Shown here: piece after piece, positions 23,006 to 33,600 of the stretch
Layout: each line of letters opens with the position of its first letter
How positions within the stretch are numbered: the first letter of the stretch is position 1
Source of the DNA: Dehalococcoidia bacterium
GTDB lineage: Bacteria; Chloroflexota; Dehalococcoidia; UBA2979
Reading direction: 5' to 3'
NCBI GenBank assembly: GCA_965219085.1
Contig: OZ244720.1
Location: 768,001-832,000, forward strand
DNA: 64,000 bases
Made by a program: the position numbers and the translations under genes
Notes under the pieces: model-generated
Seen by the model: the letters and a program-made list of their open reading frames with translations, nothing else
Told to the model about the DNA's origin: nothing
The model's database searches: none

Positions 23006-23268
23006 AGTCCCCTCCAAGGGGACTTCACGCGTGACATGTGTGCCGGGGACCTCGCGCCGCTCCGCCGGTTCACGTTGATGCGGCTGAAGGGCGCACGTCC
23101 GGCCCGTTCCGGGGGACGTGCCTGCGAGGTCGCTCATGGGCGACGGCCCGTAGCCGGTTCCGGGTAGGTGGCCGTATTCTGGCGGAGCGCGAGCGGCGTC
23201 CTCGCTTCCCGTCGGGAAGCAGTGTTCTCACGCACGGGGATGCATCCGATCCGAGGGGCGGTGGCGGC

Positions 23269-24042
23269 TTGGCTGAGTGGTCGAACCTCGACGACCTCGT
23301 GGAGCGGGCGTGGCGCTCATTCGAGCGCGCGGCTGCCCTGCGCTCGCGGGTCAGCCCCGCCATCCCGATCCTGTTCTTCGGCGACCTCGACGCCTACCGC
23401 GGCTCGCCGCTGCGAGTGCTGACCGTCGGTCTCAACCCCTCGCTGGAGGAGTTCCCCGCCGGTGAGCCGTTCCTGCGCTTCCCGTTCGCCGCCGAAGTCG
23501 CGAGCGGGGACCGGGATCCCTACCTCAAAGCGCTCGCGGCCTACTTCCGCACCGACCCGTATCGCAACTGGTTCAGGCACTTCGAGCCGCTGCTCGGCGG
23601 CACGCAAGCGAGCTACTACCCGGGCGAGGCCTCGACCGCGCTGCACACCGACATCTGCTCGCCCGTCGCCACGGACCCGACCTGGAGCCGACTGGGTGAG
23701 AGCGATCGCGCGCTCCTCGAGGCCGACGGCGGCCCGCTCTGGCACGCGCTGCTGGAGGCGCTGGAGCCCCATCTCGTGGTCCTCTCCGTCGCGAGGCGTC
23801 ACCTCGATCGCATCAGGTTCGACGCGCCGGGCGGCTGGCGGGTGATTCACGCCTTCGAACGAACGGGTGGCGGAGCGCCACGCTCGCGGCCGTACGAGGT
23901 CAGCGCGCGCTGGCACAGGGTCGGCGGAGGCCGGTCGCTCTTCGTCTTCTGCCCCGCCGGCCGGACCCCGCTCACGATCAGCAACGAGCAGAAGCGTGCG
24001 CTGGGCGCGCACGTGGTGGAGGTATGGCAGCGTGAGCGATAG
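23269..24042 (+). CDS. Uracil-DNA-glycosylase-superfamily-like protein A
   Basis: PILFFGDL...RVLTVGLNPS (UDG motif-A-like), LHTDICSP, LLEALEPHLVVLS. Start set at TTG 23269; the ORF is open to 23038. Confidence 0.65.
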   Translation: MAEWSNLDDLVERAWRSFERAAALRSRVSPAIPILFFGDLDAYRGSPLRVLTVGLNPSLEEFPAGEPFLRFPFAAEVASGDRDPYLKALAAYFRTDPYRNWFRHFEPLLGGTQASYYPGEASTALHTDICSPVATDPTWSRLGESDRALLEADGGPLWHALLEALEPHLVVLSVARRHLDRIRFDAPGGWRVIHAFERTGGGAPRSRPYEVSARWHRVGGGRSLFVFCPAGRTPLTISNEQKRALGAHVVEVWQRER

Positions 24043-24889
24043 CGCCTGCTTCGTGCAGTTCCCGCATCCGGGCGACGAACGTGATGCTGCGTTGGGCAGG
24101 GTCTGGAGTCCGTACTCCATTGGCGAGCGCTGCATCGATCACGCACGGAATTTCATGCAGTTCCGTGGTAACTGGATCGCCGAGGGCGGCAGGGTCCACA
24201 GCGGCGAAATGTGGGCGTGGGGCGAGTGGGAAGCACAATCCGAACTGGTGCGGAGCCTGGACTCATCTGGCGGCCCGGGACTCCCTCACCATCTCTGGCG
24301 GCCGTACTACGTCATCCCGCAGGGCGGGTACGAACGCCTGCACAACACCGACCCGTTCATCTTCGGCGAGCGCTTTCTCTACTCGAACTGCAAGCAACCG
24401 TCGCGACCGGGCCTGCGGCGTCTTGGCGTCGGTTCCCTGATCGCGTTCGGCAGCAAGCGAGGCGACTGGGTACTCGACACTGTGCTCGTGGTAGCCGACT
24501 ACGTTGACTACACGGCGTCCGAGGCGTCTCTCGCGCTGGCGGACGAGGTCCCCGAGGCCTTCGTGGCCGTGACCGCCGGACCGCTTGCGGACAACGGCGA
24601 GGAGGCGACGCTCAGGCTGTACCGGGGCGCGACGCCGGATGATCCGGTGGACGGGATGTTCAGCTTCTTCCCGGCCATGCCTGCGGGCCTCGACAAGGGC
24701 TTCGAGCGGCCAGGCGTGGAACTCGACGCGCGGTACTTCACAAAGACGCTGCCGCAGAACTACAAGCGGTCGTGTGGCCTTCCGTCCGACGTACTGCGCG
24801 CACTCTGGGAGCAGCTCGCGGCACAGGTGCGCGAGGCAGGGCTCGTGCTCGGCACGTACGCGGAGGTCCCGGAGCAGCATCAGGGATAG
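24032..24889 (+). CDS. Hypothetical protein with an Nmad2-like segment (nucleotide-modification-associated), coupled to the upstream gene
   Basis: GTG 24032 after GGAGGT, overlapping the upstream stop. Motifs FVQFPHPG, WGEWE, NTDPFIFGERFLYSNCKQ...LRRLGVGSLIAFGS. Confidence 0.6.
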   Translation: MSDSACFVQFPHPGDERDAALGRVWSPYSIGERCIDHARNFMQFRGNWIAEGGRVHSGEMWAWGEWEAQSELVRSLDSSGGPGLPHHLWRPYYVIPQGGYERLHNTDPFIFGERFLYSNCKQPSRPGLRRLGVGSLIAFGSKRGDWVLDTVLVVADYVDYTASEASLALADEVPEAFVAVTAGPLADNGEEATLRLYRGATPDDPVDGMFSFFPAMPAGLDKGFERPGVELDARYFTKTLPQNYKRSCGLPSDVLRALWEQLAAQVREAGLVLGTYAEVPEQHQG

Positions 24890-24972
24890 GCCCTCGAGTC
24901 GAGCCGTCACGACCACAGACCGGGAATCGACGCCCCGGAGCGAGACGATCAGTACGGGAGGCCGACGATCCG

Positions 24973-25653
24973 ATGACACAGGACCGCGAACGACTTGTAC
25001 GGAACTTCATCGACCTTGGACGCGAGATCCTGCGCTGGGATCGGCGCGCGGCGTATGGCCCGGACTGGTCCCGTGTCGCGCCTGCCCCACCCGCCATCGG
25101 TCTGGCTTCGCCCGGCTTCCTCGGCGAGGACTACCGCGGAGTCGTCGTCCTTGGGCAGAACCCGGGGCACGGCGAGCACCGCGGCGGCCCGCACCGCAGG
25201 TGGGACCAGTTGCTGGCGGCCTGGCGCGACGAAGGAACACTCCGGGCCTACCGCGAGGCTTTCAAGTTCTACGTGCAGGACTTCCAGCACGTGACCACAT
25301 GGACGAGTTGGAGTGAGCCCCTCCTGCGGTCCGCCGGGCTCGCGCCGCGCGATGTCGCGTACCTCAATCTCGGCAAGAGCCCGCTCACGGGCAACCCCCC
25401 ACCGAGTCCGCGAGATCACATTTTCAAGGCGGACTGGTACTGGACCCACAAGCAGCTTGAGCTGCTCGACCCCGTGGTCGTCGTGGCCGGTGGCCTCGCG
25501 GTCGCTCGCCTCCTTGCGCACTTCTGGCCCGCCCCCCCGTTCGGCGTCATCCCCCAGAATCGGGCGCGGTCTCAGAGCAAGGCGACTCGCGAGGCTCAGG
25601 CGCGCAAGATCGGGAGAAAGATGAAGGAAGCGCAACGCAGAGCCAGACGTTAG
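24973..25653 (+). CDS. Uracil-DNA-glycosylase-superfamily-like protein B
   Basis: PGFLGEDYRGVVVLGQNPG, VAYLNLGK, QLELLDPVVVVAGG, in the motif order of the UDG fold. ATG 24973 after GGGAGG. Confidence 0.7.
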   Translation: MTQDRERLVRNFIDLGREILRWDRRAAYGPDWSRVAPAPPAIGLASPGFLGEDYRGVVVLGQNPGHGEHRGGPHRRWDQLLAAWRDEGTLRAYREAFKFYVQDFQHVTTWTSWSEPLLRSAGLAPRDVAYLNLGKSPLTGNPPPSPRDHIFKADWYWTHKQLELLDPVVVVAGGLAVARLLAHFWPAPPFGVIPQNRARSQSKATREAQARKIGRKMKEAQRRARR

Positions 25654-25878
25654 GCCGATCGCCACGGAGCAGTAGCTGCGCCGACATCCAGTTCGCTGCG
25701 CTGCTCGCCTCGGGCGACGAGGCAGGCGAAGGCTTCGGATTCCGCCCTCGCCTTGAGCCCGCTGTCACGGCGCTGTGCGGGCTCCCCCGCGTCGTTCACC
25801 CGGCGTTCCCGCGTGTCTGACGGCCCCTTTTAGACTTCCCTCCGACGGAACTTCCTGTGTTTTGCGGTGGAATACGGC

Positions 25879-26040
25879 CTTCCCTTGAATTTGCCGCCCG
25901 GCGCGTCCTGTAGGGGCCTTTCCCCTTGACCTGCCTGCGTTTTCGGGGACTTCCCTCTCTCGGAACTCACGTCTTTTCCCTGTACACGCCCATGACACCC
26001 GTCGGGCCAGCCCGAAGCCGGGTCCGACGCTATTGCCACG
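25879..26040. repeat. Copy 2 of the conserved non-coding element (~160 bp, near-identical to 52910-53070)
   Basis: cttcccttgaatttgccgcccggcgcgtcctgtaggggcctttccccttgacctgcctg...ctgtacacgcccatgacacccgtcgggccagcccga...ccgacg, with few substitutions between copies. Confidence 0.9.
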
Positions 26041-26313
26041 CGTGCCCTCCCCTACAGGGCATTCCGCCGCGAGGCCCACCACCGCACACTCGATCGCCGT
26101 CACCAGCACCGCCAGGAGGAGGTGATGGGCACTGCGACGGCGAGCGATGACCGTGGCCGGCATGGGCGAAGCGCGACCCTGAACCCGAGGTCGCGCTTCG
26201 CTGACGCCCGCGGGCCGACGACTTCATCGATGTAGTCCTCCGCGGGGGATTACGGCCGGAGCGGCGGTCCATCACGCTCTTGCCTGTGGAACGGGCGCAC
26301 GAGGTCGGACGAG

Positions 26314-26508
26314 ATGAAAGCGGCGAAGCGGCGCGAGCGCACGAGGCGCGGCCACACGGGTGGCCCGGAGCCGCGCGTGGTCGCCATCGAGTTCCGGCCC
26401 GCACCCGACGCCGAGGCTCGCCTGCGCCGCATCGCCGCGATCCTGCTCGAACACGCGACCCGGGCAGCCTCGCAGGCAGGCGACGGGGAGCGCCCGGAGG
26501 TCCGGTAG
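26314..26508 (+). CDS. Small basic hypothetical protein (64 aa), possibly mobile-element associated
   Basis: ATG after gagacgag-like purine run; compact PRVVAIEFRPAPDAEARLRRIAAILLEH strand-helix segment. Confidence 0.5.
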   Translation: MKAAKRRERTRRGHTGGPEPRVVAIEFRPAPDAEARLRRIAAILLEHATRAASQAGDGERPEVR

Positions 26509-26574
26509 GGAAAGGTCGCATCGCCCCGCGAGCGGGTCGAGAGCGCCGAGCGTGCGCGCACGGGCAGGGGCCGA

Positions 26575-26740
26575 CGGGCTCGAGCTTCGCCACGCGGCTG
26601 GCCACCAACTCGGCCGCGCCCTCGGCGATCCAGGGCGGGTGGAACGCCCAGCAGGCGTGCGCCAGTTCGTGGGCGATCAGGTAGCGGTCCTCCTCGTCGT
26701 CACGGCAGTAGTCGTCGCCATCGACTCCGGCCGCGACGGC
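26575..26740 (-). pseudogene. Orphan gluzincin (M1-like) metallopeptidase active-site fragment
   Basis: Minus frame reads RYLIAHELAHACWAFHPPWIAEGAAELVA (HExxH plus downstream W..EG.A). No start codon precedes the motif. Confidence 0.65.
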
Positions 26741-26835
26741 CTCCGCCCGCCCGGCCCGTCCGGACGCCGCCTGGAGGGGGCGTCCTGAAGCCGCCTCGGC
26801 GCCCGCCGGGGGCGGCGGCGGCGGCGTTCAGCACC

Positions 26836-26886
26836 TGTTGACCAAGTGTATTTTTCCCATTGACCGACTCTTTGGCGTCCGGTTTC
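26836..26886 (+). promoter_or_regulatory. TTGAC-N17-TTGAC motif, copy 1
   Basis: TTGAC at 26838 and 26860 (22-bp spacing), AT-rich spacer, followed by GCGTCCGGTT. Confidence 0.65.
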
Positions 26887-27349
26887 CTTCCCAGCGAACC
26901 AGCGGCCCCAGCGCGATGCAAGAGCGTGCCTCGGACCGCTTGTGGGGGACGAGTTCGGATGGCGCCAAACAGCTTCACGGACGCAGCACCACTGGCGGCT
27001 GCACAGGCTGCGGGCGTATTGGCACAGACACACAACCCCCCGAGACATAAGGAAGACCACGGAGAAGCAGCCGGAGGAAGTCGCCCGACACCTCCCGAGC
27101 ACTTCGGCGTTCGCCGAAGCGATGGAGCCATTGCCGAACGCGCGCCCCGCGTGTGGCGCCGGGCCCCGTGAAGCGGGACCCACAGAGACACTACGAGCAC
27201 TGGTACCGTTCCGGTGACTGCAGGTGTGTCAACGCCTCTGGGTGTAGCTCCCCGGCCCGACGTACCCCATCGCCCGCTGCTGCGCCATCACGCGTCCCGG
27301 GCAAGCTCTCCCCCTTCGCCCTCCCTGCCGGAGTGCTCGAACGTTGACC

Positions 27350-27652
27350 ATGGCAAGGGTCACGAGGTTGTGGGTGACGACTGGCGTCCTGCTGCTGGCG
27401 AGCGCGCTCATCGTCGTTGGCGAACGCGCGTCCGCCCAGGCGCCCGACACGACCCCTCCACGCCTGGTAAGCGTTCAGACCAACACTGCCGGCACGCACA
27501 TCATCCTCACCTTCTCGGAGGACATCGCCGCCAGTCCACTGGTCTACCTGGCAAGTGATTTATTCAACTCCACGCCGTCCGACTTTCTGCGGGCGATCAT
27601 GAACGTGACGATCGGTGGGCAACGAGACCTCTTGACGGCATGTCGATGTTGA
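27350..27652 (+). pseudogene. Truncated secreted-protein 5' end (signal peptide plus start of an Ig-like domain)
   Basis: MARVTRLWVTTGVLLLASALIVVGERASAQA-PDTTPPRLVSVQTNTAGTHIILTFSEDI; ends abruptly, overlapping the next start. Confidence 0.55.
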
Positions 27653-30600
27653 AGCGATCCTGGGGCCGCGGCGCGCGCCGCCCGAGGCGATCGGGCGCCT
27701 TGCTGTCCGCCCTGCTCGCCGCGTTGGCGGCGGCGGTCGCGCTGACCCTGTTGTGCTTTCCGGCGCAGGCGCACGATGGCCACGATGGCGGGGCGCCGGC
27801 CAAGCCGACCGGCCTGGACGCCGAGGTCTCGCACGACGCCGTGAGGCTGACTTGGAACGACCCCCAGGACGAGAGCATCAGCGGCTACGTGATCCTGCGG
27901 CGCGACAAGGCCATCCACGCGGAAGGCAGCTTCGCGACCGTCAATCCGGACACGGGCTCGCAGGCGACGAGCTACACCGACCATGCGGTCGAGCCCGAGA
28001 AGCAATACGTGTATCGGATCCGGGCCATCAGCGAGCACGGGCTCGGCCGGCATTCGGGCGAGGTCGCCGTCGAGATGTCGGCCGCGAAGGGGGTCGACGC
28101 ACGGGCCGCCGCGCCCGAAATCACGAGCACCGCACCCTACACGGTCGCGGAGGGCTCGACGGCGGTCGCCACCCTTAGCGCGACCGACGCGGACACCGAT
28201 CCCAACGACCTCACCTGGTCGAAGACGGGCGGCGCCGATCAGGCCGTGTTCACGCTGAGCTCGGGCGGTGTCCTCGCCTTCGCCTCGGCCAAGGACTACG
28301 AAACCCCGGACGACGCCGACAGCGACGGGTCGTACGAGGTCAGCGTGCAGGTCAGCGACGGCACGAATAGCGACACGGCGGACCTGGTCGTCACGCTGCA
28401 GAACGTGATCGAGCTGGAGACGACGATCAGCGGACCGACGACGGTGTCGTTCGCCGAGAACGACGCGACCCGCGTGGCCAGCTTCAGCGCCTCTTCCGAC
28501 GATGACCGTGACGGGTTGCAATGGACCATCAGCGGCGCCGACGCGCAGCACTTCACGATCGACACTCCGCCGGGCGCGCTACGCTTCCACATCGATCCCG
28601 TCTCGCCCAACATCTTTGCCAAGCTGCCGGACTTCGAGGATCCGGACGACAGCGACGCGGACAACAGCTACTCGATCTCGCTGCAGGCCAGCGCCGGCTC
28701 AGCGGCCACTTCATCTCTCGCGCTGACCGTTTACGGTGGGGGATGTGGACGAGGCGGGGGCGATCTCGCTCTCCACGGCGCGGCCCAGGATGGGCTCGGC
28801 GCTGACTGCGACGCTCACGGACCCGGACGACGTCAGCGCCGGTACGGTCACCTGGCAATGGGCACGCTCGTCGGGGCCGAACGCCTGGACGGTTATCAGC
28901 GGCGCGACCTCGGACAGCTACGAGCCGGTCGCCGCGGACACGAACGCGTTCCTGCGCGTAACGGCGACGTACAACGACGAGCACGATTCCGGCCACAAGA
29001 TTGAGCAATCGACCGCCAACGTGGTCACGGGACCGCTGCTGAACTCGCTTCGGGTCAGCACCGGCAACGCAACATCGGATGCGACGCACGCGTTGACGCC
29101 GGGGTTCGCTGCTCAGACGCTGCACTACGCCGTCGGCTGCAATGACAACGACACGATGGGGGTGACCCTGAGCGCGCCCGCGAGCGCGCGCGTGGCTGTC
29201 GACGGGATGCTGGTCGCGAGCAACGGCGCCGCGGTCGATGTTGCAGTGACCAAGACGAGCGATGTGAGGATCAGCGTCACCGACGCCGAGGGCGCCGACA
29301 GCGTCTACTGGGTCCACTGCCTTGAAGACGTGTTCTACCAGTTCGAGACCGTCCGGCGTCCCGGCGTCGAGGGCGTATTCGACGGCCTGCTCATGCTGCT
29401 CCACGGTGGCTATCTCGTGATGCTGGACAACGACGGCGTGCCCAGACACCGGCGGAGACACAGCGATGCGGTGTCGCGTGCGTGGTTCTTCCGAGTCGAT
29501 CCGGGTGGGCTCTATCGGTACGCATTCCCCATGAGAACGCTGAGCGGAATGAGGCACGTCGTCCTGGATCAACACCTGCAAACGATCGACGAGCGGGTCG
29601 GCACGGCGCTGCCGCTGAGCAACACCGACCACCACGCCTTCGCGATCCTGCCCAACGGCGACTATCTGCTGATCGCCTACGAGGGACCCGTGAGCCGAGA
29701 CCTCAGCCATTTGACATTCACGGACCAGGACGGTGGCGCCTACGGCACGATGGAGGAACTGACCGATTCGGCGGTTCAGATCACCAGCTCGGCCGGCGAG
29801 GCGCTGTTCACCTGGAACTCCTGGGGGCAGATGCCGCTCGAAGATTGCGTCCAGCATCGCTTCGCGCGAACCCAACCTATCCCCGGATATGCGCATCTCA
29901 ATTCAATCCAGAAGGTTGGCAACTTCGTCGTCGGATCGTTCCGGGGGTGCTCTAGGGTGCTCGCCATTGACGCCAGCAGCGGAGCCGTGGCGTGGCGAGT
30001 GGGGCGCACCAACCTGAGCGACGATCAGTGGGCGGCCCGAAACATCGGCCCGGCGCCGATCCTGCCGGTCAACGATCCCGAGGGCGAGTTCTGCGGTCAG
30101 CACTCCGCGACGATTCTGCCGAACGGCCATCTGCTGCTCTACGACAACGGCACGGCGTGCCTGATCGATCCCTGGACACGCCAGTCGGTCCGGACGGACG
30201 GGGTGTACAGCCGCGCGCTGGAGTATGCGCTGGATCACGTCGCCGGCGAGGCGGTCTTCGTCCGCGATCACTCTCTGCATGGCGATCGCGAAGCGTTCGG
30301 CTATTCCAGCGGGCAGGTCGTGCTGATGGAGCATGGAGACTGGCTCGTCAGTTGGGGCCGAAATCTGCGCGGCCAGCCGGCCCCGGAAGAGGCGGTCACG
30401 CAGGTCGATCCGGCCACGGGCCGGGAGAAGTTCGCGATCCGTTTTACGGCGGCCAATCCGGAGGCGCGGCCCAACCTGATCGCCAGCCCAGTCCCGGCGG
30501 ATGCGCTGGCGCCACGGGCCGGTTCCCTGAAAGTCAGCCTCCCGGCCAGCGAGCACACCTCGGTCTTCCACAGCGGCGCCGGCGACTCGCCGCAGGTGGT

Positions 30601-33600
30601 GGTCGCCTTCAGCCGCCCGGTCGTTGACTTCGACACGACCTCGCGGTCGCTGCTGGTGTCGGGCGCGACCGTCGCGAGCGTCAGCCCCCACGCCGTCGCC
30701 GGTGAGCCGGCCAACTCGTACCTGGTTACGCTCACGCCCGCCGGGGATGGCGCCATCACCTTCCGGCTCCTGATCGGATGGACCTGCGCAGAGGGCGGCA
30801 TCTGCACGGCCGACGGCACGGCCCTGACGGGGACGTCCGCGGTGCTGGTGATCGGGCCACCCGTCTCGGTCACGTTCGATCAGGCGACGTACAGCGTTGC
30901 TGAAGGGCGCACGCTGGCCGTGGGCGTGCGGCTCAGCGCGGCCCACCACGGCGTCCGCGGCGTGAGCGTCCCTGTGGTACTGACCACGGGCGTCAGCGCC
31001 TCGGCCGGCGATGTCACGGCGGGGGACAGTGTGACCTTTGCTGCGGGCGAGATGCAGAAGACGCTCGCCTTCGAGGCTGCGGATGACGATCTCGTCGAAG
31101 GTCCCGAGACCGCCGTGCTTGAGTTCGGTGCGCTGCCGCACGGCGTGACCGCGGGCGCCGCCGCCGCCAGCTCGACGGTGACGGTCACCGATGCCGACCA
31201 GGCGGAGATCAGCTTCACGCTGGACCCTGAGCAGGTCGAGGAAGGCAGCGAGGCGAGGCTCGCCTTCGCGATCACCAACGGCGTCACCTTCGAGCGGGAC
31301 CAGACCATCGACCTGACTTTCGGCGGTGCGGCCACGCCGGGGGACGACTTCACGATCCTGGACGGGGGCGGCAACACGCTGTCGGCCCCCTACGCGCTCG
31401 TCTTCCGGGCGGGGGCGGCCTCGGTCGACGCCACACTGTGGGCAGCTGACGACGCGGAGATCGAGCGCACCGACGAAACCGTGATCGTGAGCGCCAGGCT
31501 CGCCCTGACCGACGCCTTGCTCGGCACGCGCACAGTCACGATCCCGCCGAGCGACGTCCCCGAAACGCCCGTGGTGACGATCACGCCGGAGAGCGCGGTC
31601 AGCGAGCCTCAGGTGACCGAGGGTCAGGAGGCCACGTTCAGGCTGACGCGCAGCGGGCCGCTGACGGCGGAGCTGACGGTCGGCGTGAGCGTGGCAGAGA
31701 CCGGGGCGATGCTGCTGGGCGCGCCACCGGCGAGCGCGACCTTCGCGGCCGGCGCCAGCCAGACCACGCTGACCGTGGCGACCGACGACGACAACGAGGT
31801 TGAGGATCCGAGCATCGTCACGGTGACGATCACACCGGGTTCCGCCTACGAGACCGAAACGGGCGCGGCGTCCGCCGAAGTCGTCGTGGTCGACGACGTG
31901 GCGCGCCTGGCGCTGCGCGTTGGGCCGGCCGAGGTCACCGAAGGCGGAGGCGGAACGGTGGCGGTCGAGATCACCAACGGGGTCACCCTACCGGCCGCGC
32001 AGACCATTGCGCTCGCGCTCAGCGGTTCAGCGGCGGCGGATGATTTCGCCTTGGTCAGCACCAGCGGGCGAACGCTCTCGGCTCCTTACACGCTCACGAT
32101 TCCAGCGGGCAAGCCGGCCGGCGCGGTCCATATCACGACCGTCAACGACGCCGAGCGTGAGCCGGCCGAAACGATCAACATCGCCGCCAGCCGCGACGGC
32201 GCCGTCTTCGGCACGGAAACCATGACGATCCGGGCCAGCCCCCTGCGGCTCGAGCTGGCGTCGTTGTCGGTGGCCGGCGTCGGACTGCGCATGTACCCCG
32301 CGTTCGACCCGGGCATCCTCCAGTACGCGGTCGGCTGCGCCGACACGGCCGTCGTGAGGATGACGCTGTCGACCAAGCATCAGTCGACGCGGCTGGCAGT
32401 CGACGGGATCCGGCAGGTCAGCCAGAACGCGGCGGTCGAGCTCGCGGGGCTCGATGGCGACGACGACATCCAGATCGTGCTCAGCAACGGAGACGGGGCA
32501 CACACGACCTACGTCGTGCACTGCATGAGTGCCGGGGACCCCGTGATCGAGATCACGAAGCAGGCGGGCAGCTCGGCCGAGTTGCTCACCGCCAGCGTGA
32601 ACCTGTACGGGAGGGGACACGTGCTGGTGATCGACAGCAACGGAGTGCCCGGGTCCACCGCCGGATCATCAGCCCGCGCGTCAACCACTTCCGAACCCAG
32701 GCGAACCAACAGCACCCGTACTCCTACGCGGTGATTCTGCCTGACCGGTTCCACTCACCGTGGGGGTCGCGGCGCGACTTCGAGATCGCCATTCTCGACG
32801 CGAACTTCGACGAGGTGGAGAGGGTCACCACGACGGCTGCGATCCAGCACACCGATCAACACGACTTCCTGATCAAGGAGAACGGCAACTACATCTTCAT
32901 GGCGTACGAGCCGGCTCCCCATGATCTCAGCGAATTCCTTGATCCGCATGGCGACCCGTACAGCGTCGACGAGCAAGCGGAGGACTCGCTGATCGAGGAG
33001 GTGAATCCGGATGGAGAACAGGTGTTTCTCTGGAACACGTACGACCACATGTACCTGGGCGACTGCATGCTGGACCAGTTTCCCGCGAACTATGCGCATC
33101 TGAACAACATGCAGTTGGTGGATGGGGGCATCGTCGCCTCGTTCCGCAACTGCGGGCAGGTGCTGGGGATCGACGGGACCACCGGCGCCGTCGAGTGGCG
33201 GCTGGGACGGAGCACCCGCAGCGACGCCGAATGGGAGGCGCTGGGCGTGCCGCCGCCGCTGAAGATCGTCGGCGACCCCTACGTCGAGTTCTGCGGGCAA
33301 CACTCCCCGAAGCTGCTGTCCAATGGCCATTTGTTGCTCTTCGACAACGGTCGACGCTGCCGGGACGATCCGCAGACGGGCGAGCCGCGCCGGCCGGACT
33401 CCCGCTTCAGCCGCGTGGTCGAATACGCGCTCGATCTCGATCGCGGCACCGCGACCTTTGTCCGTCATCACTCCCTGCACGGCGGCTTTGACCGGTTCAC
33501 TCAGTACCAGGGCATCGTCGAGTCGATGGATAACCAGAACTGGTTGATCAGTTGGGGCTGGACCCCGCCCAACGGGAAACCTGCCGACCACCGCCCCGAC

